Part shown: in pieces, positions 1 to 12,157 of the stretch
How the letters are laid out: each line of letters begins with the position of its first letter
Numbering within the stretch: position 1 is the stretch's first letter
From: Oikopleura dioica
Taxonomy: Eukaryota > Animalia > Chordata
Direction: 5' to 3'
Length of the DNA stretch: 64,000 bases
Assembly (NCBI GenBank): GCA_907165135.1
Contig: OU015570.1
Location: forward strand, 1,178,001-1,242,000
Notes under the pieces: model-generated
Seen by the model: only the letters and a program-made list of their open reading frames with translations
What the model was told of the DNA's origin: nothing
The model's database searches: none
Made by a program: the position numbers and the translations under genes

Positions 1-280
1 ACTGAATCTTCATTTTTTCGAGTATCAATTTTGCGAATTCAACCAACGTTTTTTCATACTACCGATCCAGTTAAAGTCTTAAACTTACCGAAACGAAGTT
101 GTTAACTATAATTCAACTCTCAAGCAATATAAAGAGGACGCGCAGTTACGTAATCGTCAAGCCGTTGTACAGTTTAACGAACTCGTTAACAACGATTGCA
201 GCGAACTTTCGGATACCATCAAAACTGCACTGAATCAAATCTATACTCTCGGCCAACTAGGAACACCCAAGGACACCTAC

Positions 281-1531
281 TTGGAACTTAAGGTAAAACA
301 AACAATGGATCCATCAAATGCAGCAAATACTCTGCCGGACGCAGACGCAACGATGATGAGCTCTGGAGAAGAAACAGTATACCAGGACGCGGAGGATGTG
401 CTTGAAGAAGAAGTTACACAGCAGATCAACGAATCCTTGAGGGATGATACTGAAAGGTACAATAGGGTACGAAGTATCTGGGAAACGAGACCCCAACCTC
501 AAGCGGGCAGAACCCCGATCAAACGGGTAAATGCAGCTTCTAAAATGGTCAACACCACTGCTGCGCCCGAACCGAAGGAAGAAAACGAAGAGACCAATTC
601 AAGCGGCTGGAAAAAACACAGAATTCCCCCACTCAAACAATCAGGGCTGTCAGTTAAAGACTGGGGCAAGAAAATCGTCTTTATGGTCGAGCTGGGAAGA
701 TCGAAAAAGCTCACTGACAAAGAAAAGATACAACTAGTTCTTGAAAACATTCCAGCGGCAAACTTCGGAAATATCATCGAGGAATTCGAAAACAGGTCCC
801 AACACGATTATGGTACACTCTTGGACGTCGTGAAGGAGGAAATCCAGATTGATGAAAGTGAGGCTAGTATGAATCTGTCCACGCTCGCGTTCTCCGAAGA
901 AAGAGACAAGGATCTTCGAAAATTTTTCGAGAATATAAGAAAGCTTGTTCGAATAAAATATCCAACGCTCGATGCAACAGACGTCAACAGTACAGCTATG
1001 GAGCATTTTGAACGGCTTATCCCATCATACGTGAAAACGAGCGAAACTTGGGGACTGGATGTCTACGATCCAAACGATCCTGGCAGACGCGTTGCACTCG
1101 CAAATCGAATCTTTAATCTTCACAAGACTCGAAAGAGTATAAACGCTCTTATTGACAGAAACAACAAGAAGAAAAGTGGAGAAGAAGGCAGAAAGAAAAA
1201 ATGGTGTTCTTACCACAACACGGACAGCCACACCCTCAGCGAATGCAGAAACGCTCCAAATTGCACGAATTTTGGAAAGAAAGGACATAGCGCGTCAAGC
1301 TGCTTCAAGAAAGGCGGCCAGAAAAACGGTGGAAAAACTGAAGACAAAGGCAACCAGAAGAGCTCACAGGGAAAGACGAAACCCGGACAAGGTGAGTGCT
1401 TCAACTGTGGCGAAAAAGGACACTGGCATAAGGAGTGCCCAAAGCCACGACGCCGACGTCAGATGAACACAATGAATGTCGAGCAAGACAAGAAAGACTC
1501 ATACCAATCTTCAAATTTTATCCAAATGTAA
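281..1531 (+). CDS. gag: Gag (416 aa) with three C-terminal zinc-knuckle-like motifs
   Basis: CSYHNTDSHTLSEC, degenerate CTNFGKKGHSASSC and canonical CFNCGEKGHWHKEC; lies upstream of protease. Confidence 0.9.
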   Translation: MELKVKQTMDPSNAANTLPDADATMMSSGEETVYQDAEDVLEEEVTQQINESLRDDTERYNRVRSIWETRPQPQAGRTPIKRVNAASKMVNTTAAPEPKEENEETNSSGWKKHRIPPLKQSGLSVKDWGKKIVFMVELGRSKKLTDKEKIQLVLENIPAANFGNIIEEFENRSQHDYGTLLDVVKEEIQIDESEASMNLSTLAFSEERDKDLRKFFENIRKLVRIKYPTLDATDVNSTAMEHFERLIPSYVKTSETWGLDVYDPNDPGRRVALANRIFNLHKTRKSINALIDRNNKKKSGEEGRKKKWCSYHNTDSHTLSECRNAPNCTNFGKKGHSASSCFKKGGQKNGGKTEDKGNQKSSQGKTKPGQGECFNCGEKGHWHKECPKPRRRRQMNTMNVEQDKKDSYQSSNFIQM

Positions 1532-2526
1532 CCCTGAATAGATTCTACCTATTATAAATTGTACATTAGTCCAGTACAATGAGAACGATACAGCAATTCA
1601 CCCTTTGCAAAACGTCCTCATTGATACCGGCGCTGAAGCTAGCTTGCTATCATATGAAAACGTGCCGCCCGACTTTGAAAAGGAAACCAACCCGGTTACC
1701 AAGCTTGCTAATGCTGTGGAAGAAAGCTTTGCGGAATCAACAACATGCGTCAGGTGCAACATCAGGATGCCTTACAACGACCTAGAAATCACAAACGTGA
1801 AATTTTTGGTACTCAGCGACTCATCTTCAATGGCTTTTTCAGCCATAATCGGTATGGATATATTGCGCAACATCGAGCTTAGGAAAGGCCAAAGTGAGCA
1901 TGTCCTGCAACTAAATCAAATTCTCCAACTTGACTCGCGCGAAGGTGTGGACAACCAATCTTTCTCTAAAGAATTGGAAATAAAAATCCAGCCGACCAAG
2001 GAAGGAATCGTTCTAAAGGAAGACATTTACCTTCATCCTCGATAACGAAAGCAAGTCGTTTGGGTCAACACGTGGCCTAACCAGAAAATGGAAATACCAA
2101 ATCTCCTAACTGTTGCCAAACTAGCTGATAATAAAGTCACCGTGAAGGAAAAATCGTTCCAGCGCAATTGGGACCACGTGACTATGTCTAACATGTCAGA
2201 AAATCATGTTTTTCTGGAGAAAGGGAGCCTTATAGCTACAAAAAGCGACCCAGACGAGGACCAAGTTCGACTCAACAATCTCATAGCTATAACTTATAGC
2301 CTATAAGTGATCTAACTCATGCTGAAAAAATCCTGCACGAAGAAGATCTGAAGAAGTGGAAAATCCGACGAGATAAGTTGACAGGCAAAATCTCAGTGGA
2401 CACCGAAATAACAAAGAAGGTCGCAGAATCACCTATAGAACAACGACCTAACCTCCGAAGAACTCTCGAAAGTTATCAATGGTACTATGCGAGAAACCCA
2501 TCAGACGCTGGGTTAAGCCAAAAATA

Positions 2527-3292
2527 CCGTGGTTTTCCATTTTAAGAGCGTTTTTTAGATGACAGGGTTTGCCTAAAACGCTCTTAAATTGGAAATTTTT
2601 CTATCGATATAGGATGACAGTGGTTATTTTCATTTTTCAGGGAATTTCGAAAGTATGAAACAGAAAAGATCTAGAAGCAAAAGTAATTGTATATCAAGAT
2701 GAGAACGTGAGTGATTTTTTCAGGATTTTGCTCGAGCGCTTTTTCTTAATCTGATCTCTTTCATTCTTCAAAATTTAAACAACGAAAATGCCTGGAGAAG
2801 AAAAGAAAAACACATGTCTTTGGCTTAGAAGAAAAAATATGCGCAGATTCTGGTGAAGGCTCAAAAAGAAAGGATGGGAGAAAGACTGTCATGGAGATCT
2901 AATAGATAATCCGAAGGAAAATGATGGGGAAGACATGCCTCAGGGTACATTTTCTAGCCTTTGTAGGAATAGGTAAATTAAATATCTAGGAATCAGATTA
3001 AAAGCAAAAGAGCTCCGACCCTGATGGTCCGTCGGCGATGGAGATTGGAGAAGAACCTCAAGTTCAAATGACAGAAGGAGCCGACACTACCAAACCATTG
3101 ACTTTAAAATGGCCGGAAAAGCAGTCAGAGATTACACGTTTTAGTTAATGATTTATTTGAGTCTAAAAATTTTTTGATTGCATAAAAATCTTCAAAAACG
3201 CTCTTAAATTTGAATTTTCGCAGATAACATAATTTGCAAAATGTTGGCGAAAACGCTCTTAAATTGGGCGCTCTTAAAATGGAAAACCACGG
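2527..3292. mobile_element. Tc1/mariner-pogo type non-autonomous element inserted in pol
   Basis: TIR CCGTGGTTTTCCATTTTAAGAGCG with its reverse complement at the right end; TA duplicated at 2525-2526 and 3293-3294. Confidence 0.9.
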
Positions 3293-3931
3293 TACCTGGC
3301 AGAAATGAAGCTGAATGGATCGGAACTGTCATTTACACCGCCTTATCCAATCAAAAACTGTCTCATTCCAAAGATTGATGAATAAATCGAGGAGCTGGAG
3401 ACTGGATTAATCGTGGAAGAAACCTGCTCAGCCTGGAACTCGCCAGTTTTGTTTGTTTTGAAATCAAGCGTTGCCTTGCGCACTGTGAACAGCTACAGCA
3501 GCGGAGCTAACAGTGTCAATTCGCGTCTTATCATGCCCCGCTATCCTACGGTAAACGTGCGAGTTCTTCTACAGATGATCTCAAATCATATATCGGCGCT
3601 GAAAAACAAATTTCCGGAAGAGAAAATTGTTTTTGCCAGCATCGATTTGGCCAACGCTTACTATGTCCTCGGACTGAGACAAAGCAGCAGAAAATTCACA
3701 GCCTTCATGTACAGTCGACGTCAACTTCAGTACACGCGAATCACGCAAGGATGCAGCAGCTCGCCGAGCATTTTTGCTGCATTCGCCAGCAAGTGCTTTG
3801 ACAAGTTGTCAAGCCTTGATAAGGGCCGATTCTTGATAAACTATCAGGATGACTGTATTTTGGTATCTACGGAAAAACACCACGTCCAGGCCATCGACGC
3901 GGTACTCAACAGAATCAAGGAGAACAATTTA

Positions 3932-4692
3932 GGTGGTATGCGGTCATGAGGGTACCGTACTCTTGTTCGCTTTCCATCATGAATGAGGGTACCCGTACCC
4001 TTGTTCGCTCTATTTCTTGAATGAGGGTACTCGTACCCCTGTTCGCATATTTTTATGAATGAGGGTACCGAGTACCCCCGTTCGCATTTTCTCTGAACGA
4101 GGGTACCAAGTTACCTTCTTTATCAGTCCTCCCTTCATTTCCAACGCAAGGGACTCCCTCTTTACTTTCTACTAAAACGACATTTTGCATATAAAGACAA
4201 TTATAGCTGAAAGTACTTCTTTTGGTTTGAGGTTAGTGTTAGGGGGCACTGGGAAAAATGACAGAACAACCTTACCCGAGGGGGATAGGCTAGGGTTAGT
4301 TAGGGTTACTGAAGGTAACCCTAAGTAACCCTAGACTAGACCCCGGCATCTTAGGACCTAAGGGGCGAAGCCCCGTGGTAAAGGGCACTCGGATTCGTTT
4401 ATCATTGGAGCTCCCCATGTAAAAATTTTACATTATGCTTCCTCTATTTTTCGAGAAAAAGAGCGAACGGGGATACTGGTACCCTTGTTCAAGGAAATTG
4501 GCGAACGCGGGTACTCGTACCCTCGTTCAAGACAAAAGGCGAATGCGGGTACTGGTACCCTCGTTCAAAGAAATTAGCGAACAGGGGTACTCGTACCCTC
4601 ATTCAAGACAAAAGGCGAATGCGGGTACTGGTACCCTCGTTCATGAATGAGAGCGAACGAGGGTAAAAGTACCCTCATGACCACCTACAACC
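3932..4692. mobile_element. MITE with GG-starting TIR and 8-bp TSD (Merlin-like), inserted in RT
   Basis: TSD ACAATTTA at 3924-3931 and 4693-4700; TIR GGTGGTATGCGGTCATGAGGGTAC / GTACCCTCATGACCACCTACAACC; subterminal GGGTAC-rich repeats. The superfamily call is an inference from TSD length and GG termini. Confidence 0.85.
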
Positions 4693-6880
4693 ACAATTTA
4701 ATCGTCAGAATCCAAAAGTGCGGATTCTTTCAATCATCAATTGAATTCTTAGGCTATACGATCGGGGAAAAAGGTATCAGTGTTCCAACGAAAAGGGTAA
4801 AAGCTTTACTGGACATGCCTTTTCCTACGACGTTCAAAAAAGCGCAACAGTACCAAGGATGCTTCAACTATTTCATGAGACAAACGCCCGAAATGAGCAA
4901 ACTTCTGGCACCGCTGGCGAAAGAAATCGCCAAAAAGAAAAACTACAAGCTTACGGATGAAATCGTGAAAAGCTTGACCAAACTGCGAGACAACATCAAG
5001 GATGGTATCGGAACAGCACACCTTGAGTACGACTCAAGAAATCCAAACCGAAAAATCTTCATCGCGTGCGATACGTCTCTCAAATACACAGGTGGTTGCA
5101 TAGGAAACGTCACAATCAGCGCAAACCAACTACATGACATCACAGTGGCAGCATATTGCTCGCGCAAGCTCACGGACCAAGAAAGCATGCTCGCAAGCCG
5201 AGCGAGAGAATTGGTTGGTATTCAGACAACACTGAGAGCTTTCAAGGATATGATTCCGCTCACTCAAGAACTCTACATTATTACAGACCACAAGAGTCTA
5301 GAGAATATTGTTCACAGTCCTGGTCTACGGACGTCTGGCTCAACACGATGTCGAGAATCGTTCGCCGAGCTACTAGAAATTCCGAACGCGCGAATATTCT
5401 TCGTCCCGTCAACAAGTGAGATCATCAAAACGGTGGATGGTCTCAGCAGAATAAACATCGACGGGGCAGAGGTCGACAAGAATTTGTTCAATCCAAAGGT
5501 CTTCCGGGAGAAGAAAACAGTTCATCAATCAATTCCCTCAAGTTGAGGAAAAGGATACCGGTTGTGGATTTCCACATGGTAGTAAAGTCGCAGCTGGCCA
5601 GCTCAAAGTTTGGACCGATTCACAAAAAGGCGCAAAACGACGAATTGATCAGCGTCAAGGATGGCTCTTTTGTGAATCAGCCCACATTGGGGCAAAAAAC
5701 CTGCTCAGACTCTTGGACAACGAGTCAGTCTGGATTGAACAGAAGACCAAAACCGCCCATGATGTGTGCCGGGCATGTATACTGTGTCACATCATTCACA
5801 GAAGTACGGAGCGAAAACCCGAGAATCAGAAGATACGACCTACGTTCAGCCCTTTCAGCACAGTCTTTACGGACATTGTCGAAATCAGAACAGCATCCGG
5901 AGTAAGTTTTAATATGATTACCTTTCAAGACCACTTCTCACGAAAGGTGCTCTACAGAAACGCAGCCAACAAGGAAGCGTCAACTATCGCTGAACGACTT
6001 GCAGAATTAATTACAGAAGTGGGAGGACAAGGCACCCTAATCATCGTCAGCGATAATGGTGGTGAATTTAAATCGAACCAAACTGAAGCACTGCTCAAGA
6101 GCCTAAATGTTCACCATTCGTTTATTTCGCCAAAAAACTCTCGAGCGAACCTGTGCGAACGTTTTCACAAGGAGCTGAGACGAATTCTGAAAACAACAAC
6201 GTTCAACGCCAAGAATGCGAAACACTAGATTGATCTGTCAGTCTCAATTTACAACAATCGGCCTTATGAAGCTCTTGGATACCTTTCTCCGAATGAAGCA
6301 CTAATGAACGTTAGCCCACCTAAATATTTCTGTCTTACTTCTCCGTAAGAAAAACACGAAATCCCATCATACGAAAATCATTTGGACGATTTGAGACAAA
6401 TGCAAGGAACAGTGGCCAAGGGACATCTCGAATCATTCTTGAAAAGGGATATCAAGGAACAAGACACCTACGGTGTTGGCGACGTGGCAGTTTCAAGGGA
6501 ATCAGAAATCATAGGTCACCATCGACTCAATGACGGACCCTTTATCATCAGAAAGCTGAAGCCTAACAATGTGGTAGAAATGGAAAGTCTAGTCACTGGC
6601 AAGCGCTTTACCAGAAATGTGCGATTCCTGTCAAAAATCCACCTGAGCGATGAGGACAAGAACAAGTTCATCAAGCAGAACAAATCGCTGTTATTTAATA
6701 GTAAAACCCTTGAAATCGGTAACGAGAATAAAGAAAGTGTAAAATCCATTCTTGACCTAACACCTTCGATAATGTTCGGAAACCCTGATAAGACAGAAAC
6801 AAGTGCGAAACCGACGGAAACCAGCAGCGGATACAATCTTCGTCCGCGAAAATGATAGGCCCTAGGGTCTATCATTGCTT

Positions 6881-9628
6881 ATGCTTTTGCACAACTTGCT
6901 CTACGCGGTAAAAATAAGTTCACCAATGCTAAACGACAGCATCATTCTCTACGAAACTGAGAAAAATGCTTTTACAATCGAATCAGAGGTAAAAAGAAAC
7001 ATCACGTTCATCTTCGAGGCTCCGGTAATCACAAATGATATGGCTGCAACATGCTCAAAAACAAACACGAATCTAACGGAACTCACTCGCGAATATTCTA
7101 ACCTTCTGATCGAAGACTGGCTTCGAATTGAAATCGAACACTCTTACCACCAGAAAGGCTTTACCGTCAGTAACAACAGAATTATACACCACCAATCTGC
7201 GAAATCTGTGAGTATCCAACGCATCCGAATCAACCAGCCGCACTACAAAGTACTTGAATGGAACGGAACGAACGAACATACATTTCATTTTACGATTTGC
7301 GCAACAAAAGAAAATACGCACGTGATCTTCGTGGAAACGAACGAAAATTTCAACAAGCTTTTGCTACGTGTACCAGCCTCGAGTCACCTGAATGACATAA
7401 TATGGCACGTGAAGGGCGAAATTTATTTTCCGAAAATCACAGTGTCAGGTAACTCGGCTATTATTGAATTTGAGGCACCCTACGCAACTGTGTTCAAACT
7501 ACAAATCGACTTTGTTGGCCCAGTCCAAGAAATAGTGAAGGGCCGTTTTGCGGAAACAGCTTGCTTGCAGTTTGAAATTGATGAGTTTTCAGCAGTCAAT
7601 GAAGATCTGCAACAAGAATTTGCCGTTTACAATCCACCATCGGCAGAAAAGACATCAACTCTCCAGGCAACCGGTCAAGCCAAAAACCAAACTATACTTG
7701 GAATCGCATCTTCGTTTGGACTATCCTTCTCATCGACACTTTCTGAAACCACCACATCAAAATTTATCAAAAATCTATGGGGAAAAATTTACCAGCAGAA
7801 TCGAGCAGATTTCACCATCCCTTCGGAAAAGAACACCTTCAACGATATTTTCGTAACAATCCTGAAGAATGGCCGAAGCAGACACAAGTTTGCAACCCCA
7901 GAAAATTTCTGCAAAAGTGATGTAACAAACCTTCAGTTTGTTGTTGAAACAGCGAGACCAATCATTAATATAAGTATACAGCTTGATGTTAACGAAGGAA
8001 CAGCAATGCTCCTTGGACAAACTCAAAACGACCGAATACACGACTACCTGGATGTGTTCAAAACATCTGCCTTTATCGCTAGAGTTGATGCGCTCGAGTC
8101 TAAAACCGAAAATTTCAAGCACGCAGCTGCCAAATGCTACCCGTCTCTTACGAACTATATAGAAATCTACTGCGATATTAACGACGATTTCTACATACCA
8201 GAGGGTAACAGATATTTTTTTCTTCTAGACGCGAAGATTTCGAATGAAAACTGTCTATCACTCGTGGATCTGTTGAAAACGAAAGGATCGACGCTCTTGA
8301 AAATTGAATACAAATCTCGACCAAAATCAGCGAGAAAACGAAGACAAGTTATCTTTCCGTTGATCCTGTCGTCCGCAACATCTTTCATTACGCACAAAAT
8401 CGACACAAACAACATCAAGGCTGCTAAGGAAGAATTGAACAAATGAATCGACATGACTGATTTGATGTTGAACAGACTCACCAAACTAACGGACAAAGAT
8501 CTAACGAACTTGGAAGTTAACTTTGATCATTTCAAAAACGACATCACTAACTCTGTCCAAAAACTCTGCGAAGAAATTGCAGAAATCTCCGACAGGAGAT
8601 TCATCCTGATGATTGACGCGAAATTTAACTATTTCAAAACAAGTGTAAACAAATTTCTGACAGAGGTTAACTCAAAGGGAAATTTTCTAGTTTCATGCAA
8701 GCTGCAATCAACATTTGTCGTTTAATGAATACAGAAGTAAATGATGAAAACTGCTATGCTTACTTGGCAATGAAAAATGTGATTACGCACGGCATCGAAC
8801 CGACTATTGGCAAAAATGGTCAAACATCTCTGAGAATCATCGTCGAACTCCCGATTGGAAAACTACAACGAGTAGGAAATGTGATAAAGATACTCTCAAC
8901 CGGACTCCCGATTGCTCGACAAGGTGATAAATATTTCTACGAGTTTTCGAAAGTTCCGGAAAAAGTGGCGAAAACGGTAGATTCGCTGATGATTTTGGAC
9001 ACTTGTTCAGAAAGCTTCATCGACGGATCACTGCAACAGTGATGATATTCTACAGTCAGAAAATGACGTAAAATGTGTTCAGTCTCTTTTTGCCAGAAAT
9101 CAACTTCTTTGCCAGAAGAAAATATTTATTTCTCCGAAAAAATGTCTTATCAAAGCCGATAAAGAATTTGTGCTAATTTCAACATTTGCGGATGTCACTA
9201 TGATGACGATGTCAAGTCCAAAGCCAAAACTTATTGCTAACAGAACGACAGTGCTGACCATCCGAAGACCGACGGATGACACCATCTTTAACTGTGATTC
9301 CGAACCGATGATGATTCAAGGAGCATCAACAACAAATCGAGACATCGTTACCGTCAAGCAGTCCCACAAAAGCAACGATTTCGTTTCAAATTGGCTAAGT
9401 TCTTCAGAATACGCAAAAGTTGCTCCCTTTGCTAATACGTCCGTCTTCCACGATAAAAATGCCTACAACGAGCTTAGCTCTTTACTCCTCCACGAAGAAA
9501 TTCCGAGGGATTTCAAGAATTTCTATCAGCTTCTTAAACCACACCAATTTACAATCATTATTGTCTCAGCGCTGGTAACTATTTTCACACTTCTAATTTG
9601 TCTCTGCAGGAAAAATTTCCTGGTTTAA
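6881..9628 (+). pseudogene. env: Env-like glycoprotein with class I fusion-protein features, disrupted
   Basis: Hydrophobic N-terminus, N-X-S/T sites, furin-type RKRR followed by hydrophobic QVIFPLILSSATSF, heptad-like region (8453-8725), C-terminal TM segment FTIIIVSALVTIFTLLICLC. Stop at 8444 and later frameshifts. Confidence 0.85.
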
Positions 9629-9964
9629 TTATTGAGCCTTTTGAAAAGAAAAAACCGCGAACCGGAAGTTACGATGGAGCTCGCTGAACTCCCGCCCACG
9701 ACAAAAACACCTCTTCCACGACCCACACGCAATTTCCACATGTTTAACTTCCGCCCTAGCTCTGGACAGTAAAAAGAAAAAAATGCTTCGCTTTGCCGCT
9801 CTGCAATACAGCCACGTAATGTAAGAAAATGTATATATTCGAAGAAAATGGAATCAGCTAAGAAAAAAGATCAGTAAGAACAGGTGGTTCTTCACTTTCT
9901 TCGTCTGACGACTCAGAATTGGATCCTTCTATTGTTTTGCGTAAGATTGTATAATCCTCTTTAG

Positions 9965-10606
9965 TTACAGTTCCAGTATTTCGCCCTTCGAAAAAGAGCT
10001 CGGAGCTACATCACTTCCTCGATGGGGCTTCATCTTGTACAAAGAGCTAACTTGTCGAAGGTAAACTCCCACATCATGTCGAAACAACTCTTCGCTAACT
10101 GGAATCTTGCTTATCTTCTTCCGAGAAAGAGAATAGATCATCTCGCCTGGCTGGAATGACTTTTTCATAAAGTCACTCAATTTCAACAGAGGAAAATCAA
10201 TCAATTTCCTCTTCAACCGTCTCCAACGTTAGTTCTTCGACTTTTCATTGCCTGGCCCTCCAAAAACGCGTCTTCGAAATGGGGAAAGCCCAGTTAACGA
10301 AAACTTCTGCTCAGCGCGAATTTGATGTTGCAACTTGTCAGAGTCTGGATCATTTTTGAACCAACATTGGTTTAATTTTTTGAAAATGTCTAAGCGCTCG
10401 GCATGAAAAGTGAATTTGTATGATCCATTTAGTACATCGGGAACAATCGTGTGAACAACCACAAAGATTTCCTGGACCAGATCCCCAGCGACAATTGTAG
10501 GAGCAGTTACAGCCATGATACGCCAAATTGGGCTCTGATCTCGATTCCTGATCAGATCGCGATGCCAATTCAGACGTGAGATGAAACGAACATGTTCAGA
10601 ACTCAA
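9965..10606 (-). pseudogene. Antisense ORF of unknown function between env and PPT
   Basis: ORFs 10229-10606 and 9965-10216 share one frame and are separated by a single TAA; acidic tail SESSDEESEE further downstream in another frame. Confidence 0.5.
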
Positions 10607-11069
10607 CTTGGTGCCAGGGAAAGGATCCTAAAAAATCTTCACTCCATTTTACGTGCACTCTAACTTCTTCACTTTACCCATAAACTTTGCTTTGCGATAA
10701 AAATCAAAAATACAAAAAAAAATGTTTTAATTCACCCAAGAAAAATCAAAAACAAAAAAAATCGTAGATAGATCTTAATATTTACTCGTACGTTAAATAA
10801 ATCTGAATTTCCCTTGACTTACTAAAAACACAGAACATGCACTAACAAGATTTTATTCAAAGTAAGATTCTGTCGAATATACACATTTCCCGTGTATATT
10901 AACCAATAAAGAGACATAAATCATAAAATCACTACTCAGCTTACCGTTTCTATTACTGTTCGCCCGTATTTCCCCTTCTTCTTTTCCACGCTTTTTAATT
11001 TACTTTATCGCGCGCTAAATTAAAAATTTGCTGACTGAGCAAATGACAATTAGGCTCCTCTTTTAAAAC

Positions 11070-11079
11070 AGGGGAGGGA
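11070..11079 (+). promoter_or_regulatory. Polypurine tract
   Basis: AGGGGAGGGA directly before the TG of the LTR. Confidence 0.85.
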
Positions 11080-11272
11080 TGTAAGGAGTTGTGAATACCC
11101 TAATTGACGTCAATATCCATTGGCGTGCTCGGTTCCCCCAACTACACTGCGGGAAGCCACTCGAGCCGCAGCTCGCGCAGTTTCAACTTACTGTACTCAG
11201 TCGTCAATTCCCCCGTTTCCGGAATAAACTCAATTACGGCAAACCAGCGTTGTAAAGTGTATCTGCATTACA
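11080..11272 (+). repeat. 3' LTR (193 bp)
   Basis: TGTAA...TTACA termini, AATAAA at ~11223, follows the PPT. Confidence 0.8.
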
Positions 11273-11665
11273 GAGAAGGTGCGTGGTCTTGGAAGACACG
11301 GAAGACACGACCCCCTCATCCAGCTTTTCGCGGATTTATTAATTTTTTCTAACAAAATTCTCGATTTTGTGTCTTGAATTCGAGATTTTACGAAATTTAA
11401 AAGTTGGTTATATCACCCAATAATAATCCTTATCAAATTTTTATGTGCTAGATATTGTTTTTTGATGATTTTTTAATCATTATCAGTAAATAATTCTCAG
11501 TCTCCGCGACTTTGGTAAAATTCCCTATGAAAAATGAGCAAAAATGACGATTTTTAGGTAAATCGGATATTTTTGATCAACAGTGAAAAATTTTCACGAT
11601 AAGCATCCCGTTTTTCATTGTCGCCGCCGTATTTTTAAGGGTTTAATTTTACTTTTAAAAGAATT

Positions 11666-11796
11666 GGGTAAGGCCCATTTGGTGTAATTTCCCATTTGGT
11701 GTAAATTCCATCTGGTGTAAATATCCAATTGGTGAGAATATCAAACTTACACCAAATGGATTTTCACACCAATTGAATATTCACACCAAATGCACC
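11666..11796. repeat. Palindromic cluster of CATTTGGTGT / ACACCAAATG repeats (MITE remnant)
   Basis: Several direct copies followed by inverted copies; no clear TSD. Confidence 0.5.
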
Positions 11797-11920
11797 GAAA
11801 TTTTTGAAAATATTTTTGATAAAAGATGATCGACCCAAGGTTCAAACATTCTTCTGGACCCCCTCAGCACTTTTTTCTCAAAAATTTTTCTTCGAAAATT
11901 ATAAGTTACTAAAAATTTAA

Positions 11921-12157
11921 GGCAAGCCCCTTAAATTCAAAAATCAGAAAATGGGGCTGATACAGCCCGAAAAGCCGGCAAGCTCCTTAAATTAAAAAAT
12001 AAGAATATGGGGCTGAAACGGCCCGAAGGCCCGGCAAGCTCCATGATTTAAAAATAAGAAAATGGGGCTGAAACGGCCCGAAGGGCCGGCAAGCCCCTTA
12101 AATTCATAAATCAGAAAATTGGGCTGAGACGGCCCGAAGGGCCGGCAAGCTCCTTAA
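11921..12157. repeat. Tandem array, ~56-bp unit x ~4.2
   Basis: Units start GGCAAGC at 11921, 11977, 12033, 12088 and 12144; a single related unit sits at ~45797-45842. Confidence 0.85.

Larger units (their letters stand above)
1542..6855 (+). pseudogene. pol: Pol (PR-RT-RH-IN), disrupted
   Basis: LIDTGAEAS; WNSP, IDLANAYY, TQG, YQDD; CDTS, RE, TDHKSL, DGLSR; CxxC, TDIVE, SDNGGEF, CERFH; ends GYNLRPRK. In-frame stops at 2043, ~3382 and 6226. Removing the two MITEs restores SQKYLAEM and KENNLIVRIQKC. Confidence 0.93.
1..11272 (+). mobile_element. Env-bearing Ty3/gypsy LTR retrotransposon (Tor-like), decayed; 5' LTR lies upstream of the window
   Basis: Order gag (zinc knuckles), protease (DTGA), RT (YQDD), RNase H, integrase, env, PPT, LTR. 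Several nonsense and frameshift lesions and two MITE insertions. Confidence 0.93.

Noticed and set aside
1539-1541. Stop-codon readthrough as the gag-pol mechanism
   Set aside because: The TAG is not in the gag frame; the -1 slippery site plus one lost base is simpler, though not proven.
4435-4700. ORF 4435-4650 and the N-terminus of ORF 4647-5546
   Set aside because: Derived from MITE subterminal repeats; genuine pol resumes at 4701.
11921-12157. CRISPR-like look of the 56-bp and 57-bp arrays
   Set aside because: Units are contiguous with no unique spacers, no cas genes, and the context is eukaryotic.
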